From positions 800,001 through 864,000 of the forward strand of contig CAWKDC010000001.1 in the NCBI GenBank assembly GCA_963848305.1: DNA of 64,000 nt, in the 5' to 3' direction. A program made the position numbers and the translations under genes. The DNA is from an uncultured Gammaproteobacteria bacterium. Its GTDB lineage: Bacteria > Pseudomonadota > Gammaproteobacteria > JABCZS01. This document shows positions 41,585 through 52,431 of the stretch, one piece after another (position 1 is the stretch's first letter; each line of letters begins with the position of its first letter). The notes below the pieces were generated by a model that saw nothing but the letters and a program-made list of their open reading frames with translations, was not told the origin of the DNA and made no database searches.

Positions 41585-42136
41585 CTACTTCTTCGCTTCT
41601 TTCAGCACAATGATCTCATCCGCATAACGAACGCCTTTGCCCTTATAAGGCTCTGGCGGACGGAAAGCACGGATATTCGCAGCCACCTGACCCACCAAAT
41701 GCTTGTCCATACCCTTCACAATGATATCTGTGAGCGTAGGCGCTTCGATTGTAATGCCTTCGGGGATAGCAAATTGGACAGGATGGGAAAAGCCCAATGT
41801 CAAATTCAACTGTTTACCTTGAACTTGCGCACGATAACCCACGCCTACCAATGTTAATTTAATTTCGAACCCTTTCGTTACACCGTGAACCAAGTTCGCC
41901 AATATAGCGCGCATGGTACCTGTGACCGCAATGACTTTCTGCTCTGACTCAGTTTCTTTGTTTGCAGATGGTTCGAGTTGAATAACGTTGTCCACCAAGC
42001 TCCACTTTACTGAAGGATGCAATTTCAATGCCAGGCTGCCTTTCGGTCCCTTGATTGTCACTTCAGACCCATCAAAGCTCGCTGTGACAGCGGGCGGCAG
42101 GGGTAAAGGACTCTTTGCTAATCGTGTTGATGCCAT
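41585..42136 (-). CDS. rplF: 50S ribosomal protein L6
   Basis: GVGYRA, RPPEPYKGKGVRY. Confidence 0.98.
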   Translation of the reverse strand: MASTRLAKSPLPLPPAVTASFDGSEVTIKGPKGSLALKLHPSVKWSLVDNVIQLEPSANKETESEQKVIAVTGTMRAILANLVHGVTKGFEIKLTLVGVGYRAQVQGKQLNLTLGFSHPVQFAIPEGITIEAPTLTDIIVKGMDKHLVGQVAANIRAFRPPEPYKGKGVRYADEIIVLKEAKK

Positions 42137-42147
42137 AACTGCTCCGT

Positions 42148-42543
42148 TTACGCAACCATACAAATAATTTCGCCACCAACACCTAATTGCTTGGCCTTCT
42201 GACCGGTCATCAAGCCTTTAGATGTGGAAACAACATAACAACCCAAGCCATTCAGCAGAGGACGTAACTCTTTAGCACCCTTGTATTTACGGAGTGCGGG
42301 ACGGCTGACGCGTGAAATCAACGAAATCACAGGCTTGCCTTGATAATATTTTAACGCAACATGAAGCATGGGGACATTGCCTACCGTTTCTTCACGGTAT
42401 GCTTCAATGAAGCCTTCCTCATGTAACACCCTGAGCAGATCCTTCTTATGCTTGGAAGAAGGAACAAACACTGTGGGATGTTGGCGCTCGCCAGCATTGC
42501 GAATGCGGGTAAGCATATCTGAAATTGGGTCTTGCATACTCAT
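42148..42543 (-). CDS. rpsH: 30S ribosomal protein S8
   Basis: DPISDMLTRIRN, STSKG, GVGGE. Confidence 0.98.
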   Translation of the reverse strand: MSMQDPISDMLTRIRNAGERQHPTVFVPSSKHKKDLLRVLHEEGFIEAYREETVGNVPMLHVALKYYQGKPVISLISRVSRPALRKYKGAKELRPLLNGLGCYVVSTSKGLMTGQKAKQLGVGGEIICMVA

Positions 42544-42554
42544 CTTTTTACACC

Positions 42555-42872
42555 TTACCAGCTGGACTTATAAACACCAGGTACCAAACCTTCTGCAATC
42601 ATTTTGCGCAGATAGATACGGCTAATACCCGTAAAATTGTTACCACGAGGACGACCTGTCTTACGACAAATCTTACGGAGACGGGTGGGGCTCGCGTTCC
42701 GAGGAAGCTTGCTGGTCACATCCATCCATACTGCCATCCGTTCTTCCATTGAAGCATCCGGATTTTTGCACACTTCTTTTGCACGTTTGATCAAGGTTTC
42801 GCGACGTTGACGATTCTTATCAATAGTCTTTTTCTTCTTCAAAGTACGTAAAACAATACTGAGTTTTGCCAT
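42555..42872 (-). CDS. rpsN: 30S ribosomal protein S14 (long, Zn-independent type)
   Basis: LPRNASPTR, TGRPRG, PGVYKSSW. Confidence 0.95.
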   Translation of the reverse strand: MAKLSIVLRTLKKKKTIDKNRQRRETLIKRAKEVCKNPDASMEERMAVWMDVTSKLPRNASPTRLRKICRKTGRPRGNNFTGISRIYLRKMIAEGLVPGVYKSSW

Positions 42873-42874
42873 GG

Positions 42875-43423
42875 TTACTTAGCCTCTCTGAATGGAAAAT
42901 TAAATGCAGCCAACAAATCAAGGGAGTCTTGATCGGAAGGTGAATCCATGGTGATACAGATATCGAAACCACGTAGCTTGTCGATCTTTTCGAAATCGAT
43001 TTCAGGACAAATGATTTGCTCTTTGATACCCATGGCAAAATTGCCTGTGCCATCAAAGCCACGACGAGAGACACCACGGAAATCGCGTACACGAGGCAAG
43101 TAAATGCTAATCAATCTGTCCAAAAATTCATACATCTTGGCGCGACGCAGTGTCACCTTGCAACCAATAGGCCAACCTTCGCGGATTTTGAACCCTGCGA
43201 TAGATTTTCTGGCATAAGTGATTTGTGCTTTTTGACCAGCGATTTTCGTCATTTGGTCTACAGCAAAATCCAGCACTTTCTTATCAAGCGCAGCGTCACC
43301 CACGCCCATGTTCAAGGTGATTTTTTTAAGCTTGGGCACTCGCATCGCGTTGTAACCTTTCTTCTCCACGAATTGAGGAACAATTTCTTTGCGGTACTTT
43401 TCATGTAATCTTGGTAATGACAT
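42875..43423 (-). CDS. rplE: 50S ribosomal protein L5
   Basis: [24 protein letters not shown]. Confidence 0.98.
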   Translation of the reverse strand: MSLPRLHEKYRKEIVPQFVEKKGYNAMRVPKLKKITLNMGVGDAALDKKVLDFAVDQMTKIAGQKAQITYARKSIAGFKIREGWPIGCKVTLRRAKMYEFLDRLISIYLPRVRDFRGVSRRGFDGTGNFAMGIKEQIICPEIDFEKIDKLRGFDICITMDSPSDQDSLDLLAAFNFPFREAK

Positions 43424-43434
43424 TATCAACCTCT

Positions 43435-43803
43435 TTATTCACTGGCTTTCGCTGGAGTCGGGATGGCTTCGCCAGAAGATTTAAAGACGCGTGTCTTAAC
43501 GCCATCTTTAGATACTACATAACCAACACGATCTGCTTTCTGTGTTTTGGGATTCAAAATGGCTACATTGGAAATATGCAACGGCATTTCCTTCTTTTCC
43601 AAACCACCCTGAACGTTTAATTGAGGGTTAGGACGCACTGCTTTAGTGGCGATATTAACCCCATCTACTAATACCCTGGCATCTTTAGGCGCAACAGCCA
43701 ACACACGGCCTGTTTGACCTTTTGACTTACCTGCAATCACGATGACTTCATCGCCCTTGAGGATTTTAACCTTTGCAAATTTCTTTAATTTCGTCATTTC
43801 CAC
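43435..43803 (-). CDS. rplX: 50S ribosomal protein L24
   Basis: [14 protein letters not shown] motif, EMPLHISNV. Confidence 0.97.
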   Translation of the reverse strand: MEMTKLKKFAKVKILKGDEVIVIAGKSKGQTGRVLAVAPKDARVLVDGVNIATKAVRPNPQLNVQGGLEKKEMPLHISNVAILNPKTQKADRVGYVVSKDGVKTRVFKSSGEAIPTPAKASE

Positions 43804-43806
43804 ACC

Positions 43807-44174
43807 TTATAGCACTTCTGGAGCCAGCGAAATAATCTTCATGAAGGCTTCGCCGCGCAATTCACGCGTGACGGCCCGAAAATACGTGTACCGATAGGTT
43901 GTTTTTGCTTGTTCAGCAAAACCACCGCATTGCGGTCAAAGCGAATCAATGATCCATCTTTACGGCGCACACCTTGACGGGTACGAACGACCAATGCAAA
44001 CAATACTTCGCCTTGTTTAACCTTTCCTTTGGCAATCGCATCTTTAACGGAGACAACGATCACGTCGCCCACGCCTGCGTAACGGCGCTTAGAGCCACCG
44101 AGTACTTTGATGCATTCTACCTGTCTTGCGCCGCTGTTATCAGCGACTTCCAGACGTGTGCTTGTTTGAATCAT
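43807..44174 (-). CDS. rplN: 50S ribosomal protein L14 with a 1-nt deletion near 43875
   Basis: VADNSGA, GTRIFGP; second frame [18 protein letters not shown]. Confidence 0.97.
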
Positions 44175-44431
44175 ATCGCCTTCTCCACAATCTCACGTAC
44201 TACCCAAGCTTTTGTCTTGGAAATAGGACGGCTCATTTCAATTTTGACGACATCACCAATAGAGCAGGTATTGTCTGCGTCGTGCGCATAAAAACGCGTT
44301 TTCGACTCAACGTACTTCCCATAGCGAGGATGCTGTCTTTTTACAACCCGCAGCACAACAACGGTTTTATCCATTTTGTTACTGATGACACGGCCCACGA
44401 CCGATTTTGTAGCAATTGCCAACTCCGTCAT
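44171..44431 (-). CDS. rpsQ: 30S ribosomal protein S17
   Basis: [21 protein letters not shown]. Confidence 0.97.
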   Translation of the reverse strand: MTELAIATKSVVGRVISNKMDKTVVVLRVVKRQHPRYGKYVESKTRFYAHDADNTCSIGDVVKIEMSRPISKTKAWVVREIVEKAI

Positions 44432-44432
44432 T

Positions 44433-44624
44433 TTAGTGATGACCCTTCTCAGTTAAAATAGTATTCACGCGTGCAATCGTTTTTTTAAGCAAACGATTAG
44501 CTGCGTGAGGTGTGTCGCTCTTCATCGTACGCGCTATGCGTCCATGAAGGCGTTCTCTTTTCAGTTCGGTCAGCTTGACTAGCAATTCTGACACTTCCAG
44601 TTTTCTTAAATCTACAGCTTTCAT
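44433..44624 (-). CDS. rpmC: 50S ribosomal protein L29 (divergent)
   Basis: [18 protein letters not shown]; between rplP and rpsQ. Confidence 0.9.
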   Translation of the reverse strand: MKAVDLRKLEVSELLVKLTELKRERLHGRIARTMKSDTPHAANRLLKKTIARVNTILTEKGHH

Positions 44625-45037
44625 CCCATGACTTCCCTAATTGTAAAGATAGTCTTAACAGGTAGTTTTGAAGCGGCCAATGCGAATGCTTCGCGTGCGG
44701 TTGCCTCATCTACACCTGCCATTTCATACAGGACCTTGCCTGGTTTAACCACGGCAACCCAGTACTCTACGTTACCCTTACCTTTACCTTGACGGACTTC
44801 TAAGGGCTTCTTAGTGATCGGCTTATCTGGGAAAAGACGAATCCAGATCTTGCCACCGCGTTTGACATAGCGTGTCATGGCGCGACGCGCTGCTTCAATC
44901 TGCCGGGCTGTGATTCTACCACGATCCAGGGTCTTTAATCCATACTCTCCGAAGCTTACTTTTGTACCTTTGGTGGCAGTACCGCACATGCGGCCTTTCA
45001 TCATTTTACGGTACTTGGTGCGTTTTGGGGCTAACAT
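44621..45037 (-). CDS. rplP: 50S ribosomal protein L16
   Basis: [21 protein letters not shown]. Confidence 0.98.
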   Translation of the reverse strand: MLAPKRTKYRKMMKGRMCGTATKGTKVSFGEYGLKTLDRGRITARQIEAARRAMTRYVKRGGKIWIRLFPDKPITKKPLEVRQGKGKGNVEYWVAVVKPGKVLYEMAGVDEATAREAFALAASKLPVKTIFTIREVMG

Positions 45038-45041
45038 AGTT

Positions 45042-45701
45042 CTATACCTCTTCCGTCTCTTTCACCGGCTCTTTCTTAAAGACTTCACCTTTGAAAATCC
45101 ACACTTTGACGCCGATAATACCATAAGTTGTTTTGGCTTCAGCGACACCGTAGTCAATATCTGCACGGAAAGTATGCAAAGGCACACGGCCTTCACGGTA
45201 TTGTTCCGTTCTTGCGATTTCAGCACCGCCGAGACGGCCACTGACGCAGACTTTCACCCCTAATGCGCCCGCACGCAATGCTGTGCTCACGGCACGCTTC
45301 ATTGCTCTGCGGAACATAATACGTTTTTCAAGCTGTTGAGCAATCGTTTGAGCAACAATCGTTGCATCAACATCAGGCTTCCTCACCTCTTCAATAGTGA
45401 TTTGGACAGGTGCGCCAACAATCTTGGTCAGTTCTTGGCGCAAGGGTTCAATATCCTCACCCTTCTTGCCAATGGCTGCGCCAGGTCTTGCACATTTTAC
45501 ACGGATAATGGCATTTTTGGCGGGACGCTCGATAATAATCTCACTCACCTGGGCTTGTGCGAGTTTTTTATTTAAAAACTCACGCACTTCAAGGTCACTG
45601 TACAATAAATCAGCATAATCTCTGTAGTTTGCAAACCATTTCGAGGAGTGCTCTGTCACGATTCCTAATCTAAGGCAATTTGGATGTACTTTTTGACCCA
45701 T
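45042..45701 (-). CDS. rpsC: 30S ribosomal protein S3
   Basis: [19 protein letters not shown]. Confidence 0.98.
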   Translation of the reverse strand: MGQKVHPNCLRLGIVTEHSSKWFANYRDYADLLYSDLEVREFLNKKLAQAQVSEIIIERPAKNAIIRVKCARPGAAIGKKGEDIEPLRQELTKIVGAPVQITIEEVRKPDVDATIVAQTIAQQLEKRIMFRRAMKRAVSTALRAGALGVKVCVSGRLGGAEIARTEQYREGRVPLHTFRADIDYGVAEAKTTYGIIGVKVWIFKGEVFKKEPVKETEEV

Positions 45702-45703
45702 GG

Positions 45704-46064
45704 CTACTTATCTTCCTTTCTCGAATTGGCGGAACGTTCGGCAACGACAACCTCAATATGGCTGGTTGGTTTTTTGATATGGTCAGCGCGGCCTTTTGCC
45801 CTCGGGCTAACCCGCTTGAAAGAAGGCACCTTGGTTCACGCAGATGGATTCAATGTATAAATCATCGATATCACCATTCAAATTATTTTCATAATTAGCA
45901 ATCGCAGAATTAAGGCATTTGCTGACAAAAGTTGCCGCCTTTTGCTCTAATTGTGACAATATCAGTAATGCATGAGAGACGTGCATACCCCTGATTCTAT
46001 CAACGACTAGGCGCGCTTTCTGCGTAGAAAGTCTGACATCTCTTAAATGAGCTGTGGCTCGCAT
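45704..46064 (-). CDS. rplV: 50S ribosomal protein L22 with a 1-nt insertion near 45827
   Basis: [13 protein letters not shown]; repair gives [26 protein letters not shown]. Confidence 0.96.
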
Positions 46065-46348
46065 TATTTCTTCTCCTCTTTGGTCGTTTTGGCGCCCGTA
46101 TGTCCTTTAAAGGTACGGGTAGGGGCAAACTCACCCAGTTTATGCCCAACCATGTCCTCAGTCACGAAGATTGGCACATGTTGACGGCCATTATGAACCG
46201 CAATGGTAAAACCTACCATCATGGGTATGACTGTCGATGCACGTGACCAAGTCTTGATCACTTGCTTTTTAACAACATCAGCGGCTTTCACCAGCTTGGC
46301 GTACAAGCTAGGATGTACAAAAGGCCCTTTTTTGAGTGAACGTGGCAC
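46064..46348 (-). CDS. rpsS: 30S ribosomal protein S19
   Basis: [17 protein letters not shown]. Confidence 0.98.
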   Translation of the reverse strand: MPRSLKKGPFVHPSLYAKLVKAADVVKKQVIKTWSRASTVIPMMVGFTIAVHNGRQHVPIFVTEDMVGHKLGEFAPTRTFKGHTGAKTTKEEKK

Positions 46349-46371
46349 AGATAACCTCTCTCAATGAATAC

Positions 46372-47208
46372 TTACTTTTTACGTCTATCACGAACAATAT
46401 ACTTGTTCGAAGACTTCGACCGACTCCGGGTTTTGTAACCCTTCGTTGGTACACCCGATGGCGACACAGGATGACGACCCGCTGAAGTACGGCCTTCACC
46501 GCCCCCATGTGGATGGTCAACCGGGTTCATGGCAACACCACGGACCGTTGGGCGAACACCACGGTGGCGAACAGCCCCCGCTTTACCCAATACCCGTAAG
46601 CTATGCTCACTGAAACCTACTTCACCTACCGTCGCACGGCATGTTTCAAGCACTTTGCGCATTTCACCAGACTGAAGGCGCAAGGTCACATAACCTGCGT
46701 CCTTGGCAATCAGCTGAGCGCTCGCGCCGGCTGTGCGAACCATTTGGGCTCCACGGCCTGCTTTGAGCTCAACACAGTGCACAATAGAACCCTGAGGAAT
46801 CAACTTCATGGGCAGGCAATTACCTACTTTGAAGGGCGCTTCGGCACCGGACATGACTTCATCGCCAGCCTTCAAACCCTTGGGTGCTATAATATACCGC
46901 TTTTCACCATCTTTGTACACTAAAAGTGCAATATGGGCAGTACGGTTGGGATCATATTCCAAATGCTCAACACGCGCAGGAATACCATCTTTGGTACGCT
47001 TAAAATCGACCAGGCGATAATGACGCTTATGGCCACCCCCACGGCGATCGATCGTCATCCGGCCTTGGTTATTACGGCCAGAAGTACGCTTCTTCGCGCT
47101 GGTGAGTGCCTTAACAGGACGACCCTTGTACAGGTCTGTCTCTGTGACCCGAACCTGATGACGGGTTCCTGGGGTCAGTGGTCTCATCTGTTTAATAATG
47201 ACTGCCAT
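46372..47208 (-). CDS. rplB: 50S ribosomal protein L2
   Basis: [21 protein letters not shown]. Confidence 0.98.
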   Translation of the reverse strand: MAVIIKQMRPLTPGTRHQVRVTETDLYKGRPVKALTSAKKRTSGRNNQGRMTIDRRGGGHKRHYRLVDFKRTKDGIPARVEHLEYDPNRTAHIALLVYKDGEKRYIIAPKGLKAGDEVMSGAEAPFKVGNCLPMKLIPQGSIVHCVELKAGRGAQMVRTAGASAQLIAKDAGYVTLRLQSGEMRKVLETCRATVGEVGFSEHSLRVLGKAGAVRHRGVRPTVRGVAMNPVDHPHGGGEGRTSAGRHPVSPSGVPTKGYKTRSRSKSSNKYIVRDRRKK

Positions 47209-47227
47209 TTTCTGTTCCTCAAACATG

Positions 47228-47299
47228 GGGCGAAGTATCCGCCCCTGCCATTGGGCGCAAATATGCGCCCCTACAATGGGCGGATATTTCCGCCCTTAC
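47228..47299 (-). repeat. Three tandem REP-like palindromes between rplW and rplB
   Basis: Units at 47228-47248, 47253-47274 and 47278-47299, 25-nt period, same orientation. Confidence 0.85.
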
Positions 47300-47303
47300 G
47301 CCC

Positions 47304-47609
47304 TTAAGATGATGCCGCAATTGAGTCAATGGTATGCCCCGATGCTAGCGTAACATAGGCCTTTTTCACATCGCTGCGCTTACCCGCTTTAAAACGAGTA
47401 CGCTTGCTTTTGCCTAACTGATTCAAGACATTGACCTTGACCACGCTGACGTTGAAAGCCATTTCAATGGCCTTCTTAACATCAGTGCGAGTGGCCTTAG
47501 AGTCAACCTCAAACACATATTGATTCAATCTTCCCATGACATCTACTGACTTCTCAGACAGTACAGGTGCCTTGATCGAATCGTAATACTGATCACGTGT
47601 CATGCTCAT
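47304..47609 (-). CDS. rplW: 50S ribosomal protein L23
   Basis: PVLSEKS, KKAYVTL. Confidence 0.97.
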   Translation of the reverse strand: MSMTRDQYYDSIKAPVLSEKSVDVMGRLNQYVFEVDSKATRTDVKKAIEMAFNVSVVKVNVLNQLGKSKRTRFKAGKRSDVKKAYVTLASGHTIDSIAASS

Positions 47610-48225
47610 ACAAAGGACTCCTCAAGTATCTTCAGTGCTTGCTCAGTAATCACAGCATGATCAACATGGAGCAGACCCACAGGATCAATATCTCTCACTG
47701 AAACCACACCCACATTAGGCAAGTTTCGTGCGGACAGGAACAATTTGCTATCCACATCGTGTGTAATGATCAGCACGTTCTTAAGATTCAAACTATCCAA
47801 CCAAGCTTTGCAGGTTTTTGTTTTGTGATCAGCCAGGCTGATATTGTCCAACACGGTCATACGGTCAGTACGAAAGCGTTCAGACAGGATGCAACGAATG
47901 GCACCACGATACATTTTACGATTCACTTTTTGTGAATAGTCCTTTGTACGTGCAGAAAATGTAACACCACCACCACGCCACAATGGACCCTGCGACTACC
48001 CGCACGAGCACGGCCAGTCCCTTTTTGACGCCAGGGCTTAATCGTAGAGCCGCTCACATCAGAACGGTTTTTGCGATCAGGGGCACCTTGACGCTGCGCA
48101 TTGCGATGCGCAGTCACGATCTGGTGAACGAGATCACCATTCATCATGGCCGCAAAAACAACATCAGAAACCTGGATCGTTTTATGCTGGCTAGGTTGAC
48201 TAAAATTGACAACTTGAACTTCCAT
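47606..48225 (-). CDS. rplD: 50S ribosomal protein L4 with a 1-nt deletion near 47989
   Basis: KPWRQKGTGRARAG; repair gives GSRRGPLWRGGG. Confidence 0.96.
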
Positions 48226-48235
48226 TATGCACTCC

Positions 48236-48865
48236 TTAATGAGATGAGGCATCACGGACAGCAGCAATCACACGAACAATAGCGCCTGTTGCACCGGGCA
48301 CTGCGCCCTTCACAACCAGCAAACCATTTTCATGATCAATTGCCGCAATCTCGAGAGACTGCATGGTGACATTAACATCGCCCATGTGCCCAGACATGCG
48401 CTTCCCTTTGAACACGCGACCTGGTGTTTGGTTTTGACCAATCGAACCAGGAACACGGTGTGAACGAGAATTACCGTGGGTTGCATCTTGTGTACGGAAG
48501 TTATGACGCTTTACCGTACCAGCGAAACCTTTACCTTTTGTACGGGCACGTACATCAACACGTTGCCCTACTTCAAACTGAGACAAATCAAGGACAGCAC
48601 CAATGTCGTACTGTGCCGATTGTTCTTCAGATACTTTAAATTCGTACAAACCACGCCCGGGAGCGACATTGGCTTTGGCAAATTGCCCTGCCATGGGTTT
48701 ATTCACACGGCTAGGCTTCACTTGCCCAGCAGTGATTTGCAGTTTGCCCTCAGGCTTTGCTACAACCGAATTTTGTTCGATTTGTATAATAGTGACAGGA
48801 ATGCTGATATCTTCTTTGAAAATACGGCTCATTCCACGCTTAATTCCGATCAGACCCACGGCCAT
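48236..48865 (-). CDS. rplC: 50S ribosomal protein L3
   Basis: [23 protein letters not shown]. Confidence 0.98.
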   Translation of the reverse strand: MAVGLIGIKRGMSRIFKEDISIPVTIIQIEQNSVVAKPEGKLQITAGQVKPSRVNKPMAGQFAKANVAPGRGLYEFKVSEEQSAQYDIGAVLDLSQFEVGQRVDVRARTKGKGFAGTVKRHNFRTQDATHGNSRSHRVPGSIGQNQTPGRVFKGKRMSGHMGDVNVTMQSLEIAAIDHENGLLVVKGAVPGATGAIVRVIAAVRDASSH

Positions 48866-48882
48866 GCTACACTCCTCGCTGC

Positions 48883-49206
48883 CTACACAGTATCAATAAC
48901 AATAATTTTAACGTCCAGGCCTGCAGACAGGTCAAGCTTCATCAGCGCATCAACTGTTTTATCAGTCAGTTCAACGATGTCTACGAGACGTTTGTGCACC
49001 CGAATTTCAAATTGCTCCTGCGCGTCTTTGTCGACGTGTGGAGAAGACAATAAATTAAAACGACGCTTGCGCGTGGGCAAGGGAACCGGGCCCCGGACAC
49101 GAGCACCCGTGCGTTTAGCAATCTCGACTATTCTTGACATCGCTGAATCAATCAAGCGATAGTCGAAAGTCTTGAGCACAATCCGAATACTTTGCTGCTT
49201 TGACAT
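48883..49206 (-). CDS. rpsJ: 30S ribosomal protein S10
   Basis: GPVPLPT, SPHVDK, HKRLVDI. Confidence 0.98.
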   Translation of the reverse strand: MSKQQSIRIVLKTFDYRLIDSAMSRIVEIAKRTGARVRGPVPLPTRKRRFNLLSSPHVDKDAQEQFEIRVHKRLVDIVELTDKTVDALMKLDLSAGLDVKIIVIDTV

Positions 49207-49252
49207 TTTTACCTAACCTTTTTCCACTTCACCAAAATCACAATTTGTCCGT

Positions 49253-49300
49253 TGTGGGTGCAATTAGAGGGCGCAAAGATGCGCCCCTACAGCACCCACA
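49253..49300 (-). repeat. REP copy nested in a 9-bp inverted repeat between fusA and rpsJ
   Basis: TGTGGGTGC (49253-49261) and GCACCCACA (49292-49300) enclose the REP at 49269-49290. Confidence 0.8.
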
Positions 49301-49306
49301 TACATT

Positions 49307-51403
49307 TTAAGATGCGCGGCCTTCAATGACCTTCGCAGCCACATTAGCAGGCGCTTCACGGTACATCGCGAACTCCATTGTATAGGTTGCACGACCTTGC
49401 GTCATCGAACGAAGATCCGTTGCATACCCAAACATTTCCGACAATGGTACTTCTACACGGATAGCACGACCCGTTGGGGTTTCGTCCATACCTTGTACAA
49501 TACCACGGCGACGGCTTAAGTCACCCATCACGTCACCCACATATTCTTCTGGGGTAACCGTTTCAACCTTCATGATAGGTTCGAGCAGAACGGCACCGGC
49601 CTTTCTCGCACCTTCTTTGAAGCCCATCGAACCAGCAATTTTAAATGCCATTTCGTTGGAGTCCACATCATGGTAGGAACCATCGAACAGAGTCACCTTC
49701 ACGTCGACCACTGGATAACCAGCAATCACACCGTTTTGCATTTGCTCTTGAATGCCCTTATCAACGGGAGCGACATATTCCTTCGGAACCACACCACCCA
49801 CAATCGCATTCACAAATTCATAACCTTTGCCAGGCTCCTGGGGCTCAATACGTAACCAAACATGTCCATATTGCCCACGACCACCTGACTGGCGAATAAA
49901 CTTACCTTCTTGCTCGATAGACTTGCGCACTGTTTCGCGGTAAGCCACTTCTGGGCTACCCACGTTGGCTTCAACACCAAACTCACGCTTCATCCGATCA
50001 ACGATAATTTCGAGGTGAAGTTCACCCATACCAGAAATAATCGTTTGGCCTGACTCTTCGTCGGTATGAACACGGAAAGAAGGATCTTCCTGTGCCAAAC
50101 GACCCAAAGCAAGCCCCATCTTTTCTTGGTCAGCCTTGGTCTTAGGTTCTACAGCTACCGATATAACGGGCTCTGGGAACTCCATACGTTCCAAGGTAAT
50201 AACCTTGTCAGGGTCGCATAGTGTATCACCTGTCGTTGTAGATTTCAAACCTACAGCAGCACCAATATCACCTGCTCGAATCTCTTTGATTTCTTCACGG
50301 GTATTGGCATGCATTTGAAGCAGACGGCCAATACGTTCACGCTTGCCCTTCACAGGGTTGTAAACGGTGTCACCGCTCTTCAAAACGCCTGAATAAACAC
50401 GGATATACGTCAATGTGCCCACGAAAGGATCGGTTGCAATCTTGAAGGCCAAAGCTGAAAAGGGTGCATCATCATTCAGTTCGCGATGTCCTTCTTCGCC
50501 TGATTCTTCAATCCCTTCTACGGGCTTCACGTCAGTCGGAGCGGGCAAATAGTCCAGTACGCCGTCAAGCATCGCCTGTACGCCTTTGTTTTTAAAGGCA
50601 CTGCCACAGAAAACAGGGACAAGCTCTGATTTAACTGCTTGATCACGAATACCTTTTTTGATTTCCGCTTCTGTCAAAGTACCCTCTTCCAGGTACTTGT
50701 TCATGAATTCTTCAGATGATTCAGCAGCCGCTTCCAATAATTTCTCATGGTACTCTTTGGCCAGCTCCATGTATTGCGGAGCAATATCACGGTACTCAAA
50801 CTTCATGCCTTTAGAGGCTTCATCCCAATAGATAGCCTTCATCTTGACCAGGTCAATGACCCCTTCAAAATTTTCTTCAGCGCCGATCGGCAACTGCATC
50901 GGCACGGGACGAGCACCCAAACGTTGGCGAATTTGGCCAACCACACGAAGGAAGTTCGCACCCTGTCTATCCATTTTATTAATGAAAGCAATACGCGGCA
51001 CTTCATATTTATTGGCCTGACGCCACACAGTTTCAGACTGGGGCTCTACACCACCGACAGCACAGAACACAGCTACGGCACCGTCAAGAACGCGCAAAGA
51101 ACGCTCGACTTCGATGGTAAAGTCCACGTGGCCGGGGGTATCAATGATGTTGATGCGGTGAGGAGGACGAGAAGAGTCCATACCCGACCAGAAACAGGTG
51201 GTTGCAGCAGAAGTAATGGTGATACCACGTTCTTGCTCTTGTGCCATCCAGTCCATGGTGGCGCCGCCCTCATGCACTTCACCCATCTTGTAATTCTTAC
51301 CGGTATAGTAAAGAACACGTTCGGTTGTCGTCGTTTTACCCGCGTCAATATGAGCCATGATGCCGATATTGCGGTAAAGTTCTACAGGAGTCTCTCTGGC
51401 CAC
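49307..51403 (-). CDS. fusA: Elongation factor G
   Basis: [24 protein letters not shown]. Confidence 0.99.
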   Translation of the reverse strand: MARETPVELYRNIGIMAHIDAGKTTTTERVLYYTGKNYKMGEVHEGGATMDWMAQEQERGITITSAATTCFWSGMDSSRPPHRINIIDTPGHVDFTIEVERSLRVLDGAVAVFCAVGGVEPQSETVWRQANKYEVPRIAFINKMDRQGANFLRVVGQIRQRLGARPVPMQLPIGAEENFEGVIDLVKMKAIYWDEASKGMKFEYRDIAPQYMELAKEYHEKLLEAAAESSEEFMNKYLEEGTLTEAEIKKGIRDQAVKSELVPVFCGSAFKNKGVQAMLDGVLDYLPAPTDVKPVEGIEESGEEGHRELNDDAPFSALAFKIATDPFVGTLTYIRVYSGVLKSGDTVYNPVKGKRERIGRLLQMHANTREEIKEIRAGDIGAAVGLKSTTTGDTLCDPDKVITLERMEFPEPVISVAVEPKTKADQEKMGLALGRLAQEDPSFRVHTDEESGQTIISGMGELHLEIIVDRMKREFGVEANVGSPEVAYRETVRKSIEQEGKFIRQSGGRGQYGHVWLRIEPQEPGKGYEFVNAIVGGVVPKEYVAPVDKGIQEQMQNGVIAGYPVVDVKVTLFDGSYHDVDSNEMAFKIAGSMGFKEGARKAGAVLLEPIMKVETVTPEEYVGDVMGDLSRRRGIVQGMDETPTGRAIRVEVPLSEMFGYATDLRSMTQGRATYTMEFAMYREAPANVAAKVIEGRAS

Positions 51404-51421
51404 GGTCTATTCCTTTTTAAA

Positions 51422-51901
51422 TTAACTCTGTACGGAGGCAAAATGCGCAAACGCTTGGTTTGCATCAGCCATTTTCTTCGTATCAATACATTTCTTAACG
51501 GCTTCGCCGCGACCTTCAAGCGCATCCATCATTTCGCCAGCGAGGCGCAATGTCATGCCTTTTTCGGAACGCTTTGAAGCAGATTCTTTCAGCCAACGCA
51601 TGGCTAAAGCCAATTGACGCTCATCTTTCACGGGCACAGGCACTTGATAGGTTGCACCACCAACACGGCGTGAACGCACTTCAACATAAGGACGTACTTT
51701 GTCGATCACGGTTTGGAACACTTCTAGCGGTGAAATACGTGCTTTTTCAGACACGCGCTCGAGCGCTGTGTACACGATATCACGGGCCAAAGATTTCTTA
51801 CCAGAACTCATGATAACGTTGATGAACTTCTCAACGAGTTGGCTGTTGTATTTAATATCTGGCGTAACAGGCCTTTTTTTACATACACGACGTCTTGACA
51901 T
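51422..51901 (-). CDS. rpsG: 30S ribosomal protein S7
   Basis: SRRVGGATYQVP, MADANQAFAHF. Confidence 0.98.
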   Translation of the reverse strand: MSRRRVCKKRPVTPDIKYNSQLVEKFINVIMSSGKKSLARDIVYTALERVSEKARISPLEVFQTVIDKVRPYVEVRSRRVGGATYQVPVPVKDERQLALAMRWLKESASKRSEKGMTLRLAGEMMDALEGRGEAVKKCIDTKKMADANQAFAHFASVQS

Positions 51902-51924
51902 AATTCACTCGCACCTTCAAAAAA

Positions 51925-52320
51925 TTAACGTTTATCTTGCTTGTCTTTTGGACGATCTGTTCCATACTTAGAACGACCTTGCAGACGGCCTGTGACACCA
52001 CTGGTATCCAGCGTACCGCGAACGATGTGATAGCGCACACCGGGTAAGTCAGGGACGCGTCCACCGCGCACAAGCACCACGGAGTGCTCCTGCAGGTTAT
52101 GGCCTTCGCCGCCAATGTAGGCAATGATTTCATGGCCATTTCTGAGCATGACACGAGCCACTTTACGCAGGGCTGAGTTAGGCTTTTTAGGCGTCACGGT
52201 GTATACACGTGTGCATACGCCACTGCGCTGAGGACAAGCGCCCAATGCTGGGGTACCCGTCTTATCTATCACGGGGCGGCGCCCCTTTTTGCGACTCATC
52301 AGTCTATTCACAGATTTCAT
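51925..52320 (-). CDS. rpsL: 30S ribosomal protein S12
   Basis: [27 protein letters not shown]. Confidence 0.98.
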   Translation of the reverse strand: MKSVNRLMSRKKGRRPVIDKTGTPALGACPQRSGVCTRVYTVTPKKPNSALRKVARVMLRNGHEIIAYIGGEGHNLQEHSVVLVRGGRVPDLPGVRYHIVRGTLDTSGVTGRLQGRSKYGTDRPKDKQDKR

Positions 52321-52362
52321 CTATACTCTCTCCTAAAAACCACTCACCATCTGCTGGGGGGC

Positions 52363-52391
52363 ATCATATCGCTAATTAATCCGTTTGTCTA
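52363..52391 (-). promoter_or_regulatory. str operon promoter
   Basis: TAGACA-17 nt-TATGAT followed by GCCCCCC discriminator. Confidence 0.7.
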
Positions 52392-52402
52392 GAAGAATTT
52401 GA

Positions 52403-52429
52403 TGAAGGGCGCAAGTATGCGCCCCTTCA
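52403..52429 (-). repeat. REP-derived hairpin after rpoC
   Basis: TGAAGGGGCGCATACTTGCGCCCTTCA (GAAG variant). Confidence 0.75.
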
Positions 52430-52431
52430 AA

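Noticed and set aside
47228-47299. Three regularly spaced palindromes as a mini CRISPR array
   Set aside because: Gaps are only 3-4 nt, there are no cas genes, and the unit matches the dispersed REP family
50747-51577. 276-aa plus-strand ORF and similar ORFs such as 48476-49162 and 21843-22457
   Set aside because: Antisense shadows of highly conserved genes
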